Positions 35,869-45,496 of a stretch of 64,000 bases of DNA are shown one piece after another. The notes beneath the pieces are model-generated. The model saw nothing but the letters and a program-made list of their open reading frames with translations, did no database searches and was not told where the DNA came from. The stretch's first letter is position 1. Each line of letters opens with the position of its first letter. The translations under genes and the position numbers were made by a program. The DNA is from Pelagomonas calceolata (lineage: Eukaryota). The DNA lies in contig CAKKNE010000005.1 in assembly GCA_918797485.1 (NCBI GenBank), forward strand, positions 1,178,001 to 1,242,000, in the 5' to 3' direction.

Positions 35869-37095
35869 ATGGCCGTCGACGCCGGCGCCCCGGCGCCCTC
35901 GCAACCAGCGGCGCCGACGGAGGAGTGGCCGCCCTACGCCGACCCGTCCTATAAAATGCCGGCGTCGATCGAAGTCACCGTGCAAAAACGGAACGAGGAC
36001 GACGTCACGCTCACCGTCAATATTGAAAAAGAAAATACGCGGAAGCCGTACCTCGGCGGCTACCGGCACAAGAAAACTGGACGTGTATACCACCACGCGT
36101 CGTCGCAATCTGTGGTACTAGGCTGCTTGCCTCGATACCCAGACCCGGACACTAGAAGGCATAGAGACAGTCAGACGGTGGTAGCAATCTCGAGAAGCCA
36201 GCAATCGCTGCGCGAGTACGGCACGCAGATGGCTCGCTTGGATGTGTTGATCGACGAGACGGATGATAGACACGTGAAGATCCGACGTTATTTCACGGCG
36301 GCTCAGTTGCTTGAATTGAAAAGACAGAAATGTGCTATCATACAAAGGTTCTATCGCGGATATTATGCTCGTAAAAGGGCCTGGGGCATCCGCCAACGAC
36401 TCTATGATGCCCAAGTGGCCAAGGACGAAGCGGATCGGGGCGGCGAGACGTTTAGAACCAAGACAAGAGCTAAGGAAGTGGAACGACGTACGAACCCTAG
36501 AACCGAGGCAGATTTTGAATTACTATACAACGAGCTCGAGCAGTGGCGCCAGAAGGAGCTCGCTGTTCTTGCGCAGCAGGGCGGGACCAAAGAACAGAGG
36601 ACCGATATATTGAATCAACAGACGCGAGCCTTAGCTACTATTGATAGACTGAGAGCTACTGCGGTCAAAGCCGGTCGCGAGAAGAAAATAAAACAGGTCA
36701 TGTCGCTCATGGGCCAGCCGAAGAAGTGGGAGGACAAGTATGGCGGTGTCCGCGAGGTCCATACGCAATTTACCGTAAGGGCCCAAGAGCTCAGGGATTT
36801 ATACGGGGGGTTATCGGATGAGATAGGCGACATCGATGAAAGACTAGAGGTTTTGACCAATGTCAAGTGGACGTGCGAGGAGTTCCCCTGTGCTCTGACG
36901 CGAGATATCGTGGAGCTCTGCGACCGGGAAGCCGATCTGTTAAATAGAGGAAGGTCCGTCGAGTCCATGGTCAACCTGCGGCGGCGGCTGACGTCTCTCT
37001 TTAGGCAGTTCGTCGATACCCCGGAGTTCAATCCCGAGGCGGACCGGTTCCTCAAGGTGCCGGGCGTGCGTTTGATGAACACGCTGCCCGAGTAA
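35869..37095 (+). CDS. IQUB: IQUB-like (IQ-motif flagellar radial-spoke protein)
   Basis: KPYLGGYRHKKTGRVYHHASSQ, IQ motif IIQRFYRGYYARKR, NPRTEADFELLYNELEQWR, LFRQFVDTPEFNPEA. Confidence 0.85.
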   Translation: MAVDAGAPAPSQPAAPTEEWPPYADPSYKMPASIEVTVQKRNEDDVTLTVNIEKENTRKPYLGGYRHKKTGRVYHHASSQSVVLGCLPRYPDPDTRRHRDSQTVVAISRSQQSLREYGTQMARLDVLIDETDDRHVKIRRYFTAAQLLELKRQKCAIIQRFYRGYYARKRAWGIRQRLYDAQVAKDEADRGGETFRTKTRAKEVERRTNPRTEADFELLYNELEQWRQKELAVLAQQGGTKEQRTDILNQQTRALATIDRLRATAVKAGREKKIKQVMSLMGQPKKWEDKYGGVREVHTQFTVRAQELRDLYGGLSDEIGDIDERLEVLTNVKWTCEEFPCALTRDIVELCDREADLLNRGRSVESMVNLRRRLTSLFRQFVDTPEFNPEADRFLKVPGVRLMNTLPE

Positions 37096-37280
37096 TATAT
37101 ATTCCTAAGTTGGGCCCGGGGCGCGCGCCGCCTATTCATCGGCGGCGGTGTCGGGTATACTACAAGTAGTTAACTATACAGGAGAGCGCGGCGCTCGTCG
37201 ACGCGAAGGAGACGGGTGTGATGTTCTAAATTTTGTGACTGTGACTGCCGCAGAGTGAGGTTCTACATTTCTGTGATCTG

Positions 37281-37865
37281 CTAATTCAGTAGATATCTCG
37301 CGGCGACGATTGTCGCAAGCGCGCTTGAGAGGTCCGCGCGGCGGGCGCCGTCGGCGGCTAATGATGATGACGTGGCGTTGGCTAATGATGACGACGTGGC
37401 GTTGGGGCACGATGGCGCGGCGGCACAGAGTGGGCCGTCGTCGGAGTGCCACGCGACGCGTACTGATATCGATCCGAGGGAGAGGCACTCTTCCCCGCAG
37501 CCGTCGTTGCAATCGACCTCCGCGGTCGCGGTCGCGGTGCCCGTAAACGAGGCGTCGGTCGTGTCGCTCCAAAGCGCGTCGGGCGCTCCGTCCGGGAAGT
37601 ACCCGAGCGTCAAGACGCCTTGGACGCATCGCGCGCAGACGTCGACGCCGCAGTTTAAGCTTTCGTAATTCATCGTCGTTCCGTACGAGATGAGGCTGCC
37701 TCCCGAGCTGCCGCAGGTTGTGTCGGAGTACTTTGCCGCGTAGAACGTCGCGTACGTGGCGCCGGCGGCGATGGTCATTTCCGTTTGGGCGGACCACGCT
37801 TGGCCGTCGCAGGCGCCGTCGTATTCTGCGGCGGCGATGGCTAGCAGGGGCAGCAGGCGTCGCAT
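37281..37865 (-). CDS. Small secreted Cys-containing protein, possibly GPI-anchored
   Basis: Signal peptide MRRLLPLLAIAAA, several Cys, a NATSSSLA x2 repeat and a hydrophobic C-terminal tail. Confidence 0.6.
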   Translation of the reverse strand: MRRLLPLLAIAAAEYDGACDGQAWSAQTEMTIAAGATYATFYAAKYSDTTCGSSGGSLISYGTTMNYESLNCGVDVCARCVQGVLTLGYFPDGAPDALWSDTTDASFTGTATATAEVDCNDGCGEECLSLGSISVRVAWHSDDGPLCAAAPSCPNATSSSLANATSSSLAADGARRADLSSALATIVAARYLLN

Positions 37866-37940
37866 CGTCCGGACGATGGGCTGCCCGCTCCAAAAGGGCA
37901 GCGCCGCCATGAGTAAAGTACTCCCCGCGCCCGCGGCTTG

Positions 37941-37962
37941 CTAGCGGCTGTAAGGCACTAGC
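37941..37962. promoter_or_regulatory. Recurrent intergenic motif
   Basis: ctagcggctgtaaggcactagc, between divergent genes. Confidence 0.6.
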
Positions 37963-38091
37963 CCAGCAAGCACCGAGCTACAACCGCAGCAAGCTAGCCC
38001 AGGCGCCGCTCCAGCAGTGAAGCAAAGACACGAAAGAGGGTCTCTGTGCCCATCGACAACACGCACCCAATTTGAGCATCTCTCAGAGACC

Positions 38092-38682
38092 ATGCGACGA
38101 CTGCTCGCCACCTGCTGCACTGCTGCAGCCCTCGTCGCGCCGACGACAAGACGACGAACCGGCCTGCGAGCAGTCAATGACGACGCCCCCCCGGCGCCCT
38201 GGGAGGGCCAGGGCGCCGACGCGAGGAAAGCGGCCATGGCCGCGGTCTTCGACGCGCAGGCGAATCTCGCGCAACAGTCCGAGGCCGACTTGGACCCCGA
38301 AGCGCTCAAAAGGCGGGAAACGGCGAAGTTCGAGCGGCGGCGCAACGAGGTCGTCGGGGACCATTTGTTTCTCGGGTCGCTGTTGATCGCGGCGGGCTGG
38401 CACTTTTTACCGATTAAGGTCCTTGAAAGCTACGGCGTGGGCGTGTTATTCGGCGGGGCCTACTTGTATCTGCTCGGGAGGTACGTCGGGTCATTGGGCG
38501 AGGCGACGCTGGACGGTGCGAAGGAAGGCGGCATCGGCCAAGCTCGCTTCGCGGTCGTCGGGTTGCTCATAGCCATCGCGGGCAAACAGAGAGAATACCT
38601 GGACTTCATCCCGCTGCTGCTGGGCTTCTTCTCCTACCAGGTGGCGACGCTGCTGCAGGCGGCGCGGCCGGTCGATGACTAA
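38092..38682 (+). CDS. Plastid-targeted Atp1/UncI (CGL160-like) ATP synthase assembly membrane protein
   Basis: Bipartite-type presequence MRRLLATCCTAAA-LV. Four TM segments, including SYGVGVLFGGAYLYLLGRYV and PLLLGFFSYQVA. Confidence 0.65.
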   Translation: MRRLLATCCTAAALVAPTTRRRTGLRAVNDDAPPAPWEGQGADARKAAMAAVFDAQANLAQQSEADLDPEALKRRETAKFERRRNEVVGDHLFLGSLLIAAGWHFLPIKVLESYGVGVLFGGAYLYLLGRYVGSLGEATLDGAKEGGIGQARFAVVGLLIAIAGKQREYLDFIPLLLGFFSYQVATLLQAARPVDD

Positions 38683-38747
38683 AAAAATCACATTGACTAC
38701 TAGTTAGGTATCGCGTCGACGGCGTCGCCGTGCCGCTCAGAAAACAA

Positions 38748-39998
38748 CTAGAGGAACCCGCGGATCGAGTCCGTCCCCAATACCTTCGCGAAGTCGGCGC
38801 AGACATCTGAGATGTCCTCCTCGGGTTTGGACCCGTCCGGCGTGTCTCGATCGGCATGGGCGAAGCCCTCGTGCGAGTTTAGTAATGAGAGCAGCGACGC
38901 GTCCTCGTCCAGCGGCGATAGAGCGTTCTGGCGAGGGGGGTCTAACAGTGAAGGATCAATACCGTCGAACGTCATCCTCTGGAGCACCATGTCCCGGTTC
39001 TTAAACTTCGCGAGCATCTCCTGGTACTTCAACGCCCTCTCATCAGTTTTCACAGTTAACGGCGGCCCGTCGCCGCCCGGCAGCACGTACAGATAGTAGC
39101 GCTGCCGCGCCGTCCACGAGTTCGGCAATACTACAACGTCTAGCTGCTTCCAGGCGGATAAACGCGAATCTTTAGGTAGAACGTCGTACGTGACCAGAAC
39201 GCAGCCCGGCTTTGCGGAGGATGTGGCCCCAGCCAGGCCCTCCGTCCTACCACCGTTCTCGGCACCATACCCGAGCGAGTCCCATATTAAGGCAGCATCC
39301 CTACATTGGTCTTCGGCTTGTTCGACCACGTCCCCCAGCACAAAACACACGTCCCGCACGCCGTTTAGGATCGAGGCCGCGACGTTCGCATGGTAAACGC
39401 GCGTCCCGAGGATCTCCAGGCCTATGGTCTGGGATGCCTTTGGTAGTAGTAGCGAGAGTCCAAATGCGACCCATCCGACCGAAGACCCTAGGACAATAAC
39501 TTCCGTTCCAACAGGTCGCGCGCCCCGCTCCCTCAAGGCGTCGAGCACTCTACTAATAGTTCTTGCTGGCGTGACACCGTAAGCACCGAACCGCGACTTG
39601 TCCCAGCCGTGTGCTTCGGCCAATTCGTCGTACTGGCGCACTTCATTCTCGTCCACCCAGGGCTGATACTGCTCGAGGTTGTCTAACAACAGTGCAGCCT
39701 TCTTGGCCGCTTCGGACGTGGCCAGCGTCCGGTCGAAGCGCGTGTAGCGCCGCTTTCGTTTCGGCCTCCTTCTGAGAAACTCGAGGCGCTTCTGGGCGTC
39801 GCTTGCGGCGTCGCTCGCGAGCGCGTCCTCGAATGAATCTGAACAAAACTTGTCGATTCTATCTAAAGCCTCCTTCGTGCGTCTTGCCGCGGCTGGTGGG
39901 GCCATGCGCAGCGGCTCTCGGGGCGGCCAGGCGGACTCCTCCGTTATTAATTCTTCCGCTGCTGGGGGGATGCGGCTCGCGTCGTAGTGGGCGGCCAT
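38748..39998 (-). CDS. Class I SAM-dependent methyltransferase-like protein
   Basis: YGVTP, VIVLGSSVGWVAF, IGLEIL, FVLGDV, KPGCVLVTY. Confidence 0.6.
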   Translation of the reverse strand: MAAHYDASRIPPAAEELITEESAWPPREPLRMAPPAAARRTKEALDRIDKFCSDSFEDALASDAASDAQKRLEFLRRRPKRKRRYTRFDRTLATSEAAKKAALLLDNLEQYQPWVDENEVRQYDELAEAHGWDKSRFGAYGVTPARTISRVLDALRERGARPVGTEVIVLGSSVGWVAFGLSLLLPKASQTIGLEILGTRVYHANVAASILNGVRDVCFVLGDVVEQAEDQCRDAALIWDSLGYGAENGGRTEGLAGATSSAKPGCVLVTYDVLPKDSRLSAWKQLDVVVLPNSWTARQRYYLYVLPGGDGPPLTVKTDERALKYQEMLAKFKNRDMVLQRMTFDGIDPSLLDPPRQNALSPLDEDASLLSLLNSHEGFAHADRDTPDGSKPEEDISDVCADFAKVLGTDSIRGFL

Positions 39999-40372
39999 TT
40001 TGCACTGGCACGCGGTCTGCTGGTCCGCAGCGATGCGCGCGCAGCGATGACGTAACAGTGCTGCACTGCTACGCAACGCACGACGTACAATATCGAGCAA
40101 TATCGAGCGATTTTTTGACCTTAGCGTAGCGTGACATACTAGCGTTTTTACCCGGCCTCTCGGCTAGACACCGCACAGATCACTTCTCGCGGGCTACGCG
40201 AGATCGACGGGCAGTTCAGACACGTGTTCAGCCCGCGCGCATGTTCTTTGGCCCGGAGCGTAGCGGTGCTGGGCTACACAAAGTCTCGATTTGAGGCGGC
40301 GGTGCTGCAGCTGCAGCGCGGCCCGTACAACCGAAGCCTCCGGTCTTCCCGGAGGCCGAGGAAGACTCGTCG

Positions 40373-40990
40373 ATGGCGAAAGCAGCCGCATTTCTAGCCG
40401 GAGCTGCCTCAGCACTGCTCGCAGTCTGGCTGCGCCAGCGCCAGCGACGCCACAGTGATGCTCCAGAGCCGATGAAGAAGTCGTTGCGCGACGGCCGCCA
40501 ATTAGTGCTGCGATGCGCGACGCGCGCGGACGTCGAGGCCGTCTTCGAGCTCTGCGTCCGCCGGCTCGCGATCGAGCACGACGCGCTCGACGAGCTGCAG
40601 ACATCCGTCGAGGCCTTTCGCACGAGCTTTGCCGCGGGCAAATTCCACCTGCTGGTCGCGGAGATCGATGGAGCGCTCGCGGGTGCGGCGACGTACCAGT
40701 ACTCGTACCGCACCTGGAGCGGCGAGAGCCTCTACTTGCAGGATCTATGCGTGGCGGCGGCGAACCGCGGCCAGGGCGTCGGGACGCAGATGATCCGTGG
40801 CCTCGCGGCCGTCGCGGTCGCCGGCGGCTGCGACCGCATGTTTTGGGAGTCGCACGTCGGGAACGCCCGGGCGAACGAGTTCTACGGCTCGACGGTCGGC
40901 GCGGACACGGTCCTTGGCGAGCACCAGCTCCTCACGTGGAAGCTCGTCGGTGTGGACCGCCTCATGCGCTGCGCGAGCGTCGCGGTGTAG
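40373..40990 (+). CDS. GNAT N-acetyltransferase (diamine/SSAT-like)
   Basis: YSYRTWSGESLYLQDLCV, acetyl-CoA motif RGQGVG, NARANEFY. Confidence 0.85.
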   Translation: MAKAAAFLAGAASALLAVWLRQRQRRHSDAPEPMKKSLRDGRQLVLRCATRADVEAVFELCVRRLAIEHDALDELQTSVEAFRTSFAAGKFHLLVAEIDGALAGAATYQYSYRTWSGESLYLQDLCVAAANRGQGVGTQMIRGLAAVAVAGGCDRMFWESHVGNARANEFYGSTVGADTVLGEHQLLTWKLVGVDRLMRCASVAV

Positions 40991-41423
40991 TCCACTATGT
41001 GTAGTCCGCCCTGTGTAAAGCCCTGTGGATAATTCAGCAACCCTCCGCATGGACCTCTCGCGCCTCCCACTGCGTGGCGAGACCCCTCAAGCAAGAGCAG
41101 TGCTGGTCGGGAGAGAAAACCCACGAACAGACGCATCACATTCCCCCTCAACGGCTATATCGGACCACGTCGTCCTGTTTTAGGTCGCAAACTGAGGCCA
41201 TAATCGCAGGTTGCTGTGCTCTGAACGCCAAAAGACCAACCATGATCCACCGCGGAGGCACGCACCAGCACCGACAACCCTTGTGGAGCTGCCCGGCACT
41301 GCACCGCGGCCGCTGAGGCGCGTTTTAGGCAGCCCCGGCATGGGCTAACAAGGACGAACAGCAGCAAGGTGCAATAAACGACAAGATCAGCACGGCGAAC
41401 CGCACTTGTGCAACAAACCAAGG

Positions 41424-42338
41424 ATGAACATCGTCGGCCGCTTCCTCCAGCACCTGCGGGGTTGCCCCTACGGCGACGACGCGACGAGCAGCGACGTCGG
41501 CCTCGATCTAGATCACCTGTATGGGGACGCGCTCTCGCCGGACAGCCCGCGCGCAAGTGCAAGCGGCCGGTGGCTCCAGGGCGGCCGGCGGACGCGGAAG
41601 CGGTCGCGGACGCCGCCGATGATGGTGACGGACGACGGCAGCGTCCTGCGCGACCCGGCTCCCAAGCGGCGCGTCTCGATCGCGCTCGAGCCCTGCCTGC
41701 GGGCGCCGTCGCCGCCGTCGGCGCGGCGCGTCGCCACGACATGGCCGCTCGAACCGTCCCCGCCATCCTCACCGCTGTCTCGAAGTTCCGGGAACACGTC
41801 GGACGGCGACTTATCGAGGAGCTGCTCGCGCCTGTGCCTCGATGGCGGCCGGCGCACGAGCGCTTCGGACCTCTACGCGCTCGAAGGCCGCACGAGCCTT
41901 GACGGCCGCAGACCGTCCGAGGGCCGCCTCAGCTCGCGCTACTCCGTGCTCGGCCTCGACGGTAGCCATCGGAGGAAAAACGAGCCGTCGCGCTACGACG
42001 CGGACCCCTACGCGCTCGCCTGCGACTTGGAGACCGTGCCCTGGCTCTCCAGTGGCGTGGGGCCGATCCGCGCCCGCCGGGCCGTGCGCTTCGCCTTCGG
42101 TACGAAGGCGCCCGGTCCTAGACCGTCCGGCGCGCGGCGCCTCTCCGACGCCGAACGCTGCGCGCTCATCGCGTCCCGGCCGGACCTCGATGTGAGAGGA
42201 GACGTATGGGCCAAGAGGCTAGATCTACGGCCCACGTGGACGACGACTGCTCCGACGCCGGAGCTCTTCCCGCCGATGCGCCGCCGCCCGTCGGAGGCCC
42301 GCAGCCTCTCGTCGCTCTCGGAGGACGACAACAAATAA
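41424..42338 (+). CDS. Hypothetical Ser/Pro/Arg-rich protein
   Basis: ATG-initiated ~304-aa low-complexity ORF; no family recognised. Confidence 0.5.
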   Translation: MNIVGRFLQHLRGCPYGDDATSSDVGLDLDHLYGDALSPDSPRASASGRWLQGGRRTRKRSRTPPMMVTDDGSVLRDPAPKRRVSIALEPCLRAPSPPSARRVATTWPLEPSPPSSPLSRSSGNTSDGDLSRSCSRLCLDGGRRTSASDLYALEGRTSLDGRRPSEGRLSSRYSVLGLDGSHRRKNEPSRYDADPYALACDLETVPWLSSGVGPIRARRAVRFAFGTKAPGPRPSGARRLSDAERCALIASRPDLDVRGDVWAKRLDLRPTWTTTAPTPELFPPMRRRPSEARSLSSLSEDDNK

Positions 42339-42520
42339 GCCAAGACCCGCCGCCTACCTGCGGCCCCCTGTGTGCAAATTGCACAATTCCCTATTCGTGT
42401 TGTAACAAACTATCGCCTCATCTTTGCGCCCCCGCCGCGGCCTTGGGATTCCGGCTCTAGATTCCGGCGTCCGGCCTGCTCCCCCCTCGCTGTCGTCGCC
42501 TCCGAGCTAACAACACTCGG

Positions 42521-45389
42521 CTAGGTTGCCATTAACCCCAGGGGTTATTAACCCCAATCGCGGCCCGGGGTTAGTAACCCGGGTAATTACCCGTTACTAC
42601 GGGTTATTAACCTCAGGACCTTATAGAGGGGTAGGGAGGGGTGGGCCACAGGCCACTGGCCCGTGAGGCGTCCCGCGGGCCCGGCCTACTCCCTGCTAAG
42701 GGAGCGGCCGGGGAGCAACGCAGTGGTGGGCATCGCCCAGTTAGGACTCGTCGATCATGTCGTCCGAATCCTCGTCTCCTGTAAGAATCGTCCGCGGCTG
42801 CTCGTCTCTCGGCGCTGCGAGGATCATGTCGTAGAGGTCGTCGTTAAACCAATACGACTCGAGCGTATCTTCGTGTCCTTCTTTATCTATCTTGTCCTGG
42901 TGATGCTTCGGGTCCAGCTCCGTCACTGCTTTCCACTGCTTCCAGTCCTGCGGCGTATTCGTCTTCCAGCCCCTCGGTTTCGTCTTGTTCCACTCCAGTT
43001 CGACAATGATGCGGTGCTCCTCGACGCCATCATCAGGATCATACAGGTGCATGCCCACGAACTTGGTCTTGAGCTGGTAGCGACCAGTAGCCCCTGAGAC
43101 TTCCGGCTCGAAGATCGCTTGCTCCTCCCACGACTCCGGCCAGGCATTGAACGGGTTCTCGCGGACCCGCTCGTTAGCCCCGCCCGCCACCAAAGGTTCT
43201 GGCGCCGCCGCTGGATCGACTAGTTCCTCCTCGCAGCCGTACAACAAAACCTCCTCGCGAGGGTCGATGTCGCCTGGATCCACAATTCCCGCCCGGAGCC
43301 GTAGAGCATTGTAGCGCGTAATCAGCATCTGCTGCTTCTTTGAGGACGTCCTGTTCCGCGCCTTATCGTATACAAACTTGTAGTCTTTCCAGTTCCGCTC
43401 GGCTTCGCCGGAACCGCAGACTTTGCTCGACAGATGCAGCGCCACCTTCGAGAACTCCGGCGAGGAGCCAGAGTACTTGTCCCAGAAGCGGTACGCGGCC
43501 ATGGTGCGCGCTTTCCCGAGCACCGCCTCGGTCGCGTAGACGCCCTCGTTGTTCAGGTACGACAACATCTGCTCCTCGGCCTTCTCCACAAAACCGTCGG
43601 GCTCCTCGTACTGCTCCGCAAATTTAGTGATGTAGTCGCTCAGCTTCTCCTTGCACTCGTTTACGTCCTCGAGGTTGCCCCTGGCCCAGGTGCCCACGTC
43701 GACGATTGAAGCAGCCTTCACGATGTCAGAACACAAGTGACGCTCGTAGTGCTCGAAGGCCTCGAGCACGTGCGCCGAGAGGTCGTCGTCCTTGGCCTCA
43801 GCGAGTCGACGCTTGGTCAATTTCGCATATTTGTAGACCCTGTGGAGCGTCGGCGTCTTGCGCTCGTCGCCGAGACGAACAAGCTGTAAAAGCGGCCACG
43901 TCGCCTTGACCACGAGCTCGTTGTAGTCCCAGAACGCCGAGTCATCAATGATCACCGCTTCTTCATCGTCCTCGTACTGCATCGCGCGGTACGCACTGCT
44001 GTGGATGACGGCCTTGAGCGTTCGTTTTAGGACTTGCAGGCGATGAAGCATCAAAAAGTAGAGGCCGAAGCGTGGCTCACAGTATCTAATAAGAGCAAGG
44101 TCGCGGCTCATTGCCTTGGACATCGTTCTAAACATAGCATGCTCGGAATGGTGATGAGTAAAACGGTCGACAATCTTCTTGGCCTTGTCAATGTGCTCTT
44201 GCAGTTTCGAGTGGCCTTCGGCGCTCTTCTTCAATATGCAATTGGATAGGTGTGAGACGCACCACTGTGTGTCAATCCAAGGGAAGGTGGCTGTTACGAG
44301 ACGGTGAAACTTCCTCATGTCACCAGCACCATCAGTAATAATGAGATCCACGAAGCGCGGGAACGGCAAACGCCTTATCCCCTTAATGATGACGTCGGCA
44401 ATGTACTCGGCGTCCTTACTTAAACCACTCGCGAGATGATCCGTGCAGTCCTCGCACGAAAGGAAGAGGGCGTCCCTCCAGACCGGGCACATCAATATAG
44501 TATTCAGCAGAGGCGTTTTCTGGATTGTGGCACCGTCCGTGAGGAGCGCCTTACCGAACTTCTTGATCAGCTTGTGCTGCAGATGCCTCGTACGATCGTC
44601 CACGTCGCACTGGTACTGATGCTCTAGTATCGACCCACCTAGGCTCGTCCGATGCGGCAATTTGTAGTCCGGGTGGGCGTTCCGTAACTTCTGCACCCCG
44701 CGCCGGAATAGAGGGTGGTCTACCTTATTGTGCGCTATACCTAAACCGTCGAACATGTCCGAGAGAGCGCCGTCCACTTCTAGGTCGGAGACCGACTTGC
44801 GTTTTGCGACCATCTTCTGCTGGATTTGATTCGCCCGGTTCTTACCGAACTCGTCGGCGATCTCCTCGTTCGCTGCTGTGCGTTTCGCCTTGCCGTCGGC
44901 CAGCGCCTGGCGGTCCGCGAGCGTCGCGGTCATTTCCTTGCGGACTTCTTCCGGGGCAGCAGAGCACGGCTTAATTTTGCAGCCGCGGCACAACTTCTCG
45001 TCGCCCGTGAGGTGTCTCCGCAAGCGGTCGAGGGCTTTGTTCCAGCTCTTTTCATTGCAGTAATTGCATTGCCAGCCGTGGACTGGTACCGTGAGGCCGC
45101 CGTCCTTTTCGACCTCTTTTTGCGCTGGCGTCGTATGTTTGTCCCACGCGGCGTCCGCCTTCGGCATATTGAACGCAAGGGGCAGCTCTTTATTGGCCGC
45201 TCCGCAAGACGAATTGATTTTGAGTCTAGTGTCTATCATCTAGGGCATGGGGGAGTCCTCGGAGTCCTCAGGAAGGCGTTTGACGGCGTTTAAAGTACCG
45301 GGTTATTGAGCGGGTTATTAACCCCGGATCCCCTCCGAGGGGTAATTATAGGTTAATAACGGGTAATTAACAGGTTAGTGGCAACCTAG
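42521..45389 (-). mobile_element. hAT DNA transposon, apparently complete (2869 bp)
   Basis: 17-bp TIRs ctaggttgccattaacc (42521-42537) and ggttagtggcaacctag (45373-45389), 16/17 match. Perfect 8-bp TSD acactcgg at 42513-42520 and 45390-45397. Subterminal ggttattaacc/gggtaatta repeats. Confidence 0.95.
42741..45239 (-). CDS. hAT transposase (BED-like Zn finger, DUF659-like core, C-terminal dimerisation domain)
   Basis: CNYC...LRRHL...C; putative catalytic LLTDG, ITDGA, WCVSH (CxxH) and EAERNW; FWDKY...PEFSKVALHL. Uninterrupted 832-aa ORF. Confidence 0.9.
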   Translation of the reverse strand: MIDTRLKINSSCGAANKELPLAFNMPKADAAWDKHTTPAQKEVEKDGGLTVPVHGWQCNYCNEKSWNKALDRLRRHLTGDEKLCRGCKIKPCSAAPEEVRKEMTATLADRQALADGKAKRTAANEEIADEFGKNRANQIQQKMVAKRKSVSDLEVDGALSDMFDGLGIAHNKVDHPLFRRGVQKLRNAHPDYKLPHRTSLGGSILEHQYQCDVDDRTRHLQHKLIKKFGKALLTDGATIQKTPLLNTILMCPVWRDALFLSCEDCTDHLASGLSKDAEYIADVIIKGIRRLPFPRFVDLIITDGAGDMRKFHRLVTATFPWIDTQWCVSHLSNCILKKSAEGHSKLQEHIDKAKKIVDRFTHHHSEHAMFRTMSKAMSRDLALIRYCEPRFGLYFLMLHRLQVLKRTLKAVIHSSAYRAMQYEDDEEAVIIDDSAFWDYNELVVKATWPLLQLVRLGDERKTPTLHRVYKYAKLTKRRLAEAKDDDLSAHVLEAFEHYERHLCSDIVKAASIVDVGTWARGNLEDVNECKEKLSDYITKFAEQYEEPDGFVEKAEEQMLSYLNNEGVYATEAVLGKARTMAAYRFWDKYSGSSPEFSKVALHLSSKVCGSGEAERNWKDYKFVYDKARNRTSSKKQQMLITRYNALRLRAGIVDPGDIDPREEVLLYGCEEELVDPAAAPEPLVAGGANERVRENPFNAWPESWEEQAIFEPEVSGATGRYQLKTKFVGMHLYDPDDGVEEHRIIVELEWNKTKPRGWKTNTPQDWKQWKAVTELDPKHHQDKIDKEGHEDTLESYWFNDDLYDMILAAPRDEQPRTILTGDEDSDDMIDES

Positions 45390-45496
45390 ACACTCGGGGC
45401 GACGGCGTACGAGGGCCGGGCGGGACGGCGTGCGGCCAAGCAGGTCCCACGGCTGCTTGGTGGCTAGGCGGCCTAGCTCTAAGCAGCACCCTTAAA

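Noticed and set aside
35208..35954. Overlapping Arg/Ala/Pro-rich ORFs between two divergent genes
   Set aside because: GC-rich intergenic or UTR sequence with no protein-like motifs.
42521..45389. This hAT as the proven mobiliser of the introners
   Set aside because: The TIRs share only the terminal CT/AG with the introner TIR, and no shared subterminal motifs are visible.
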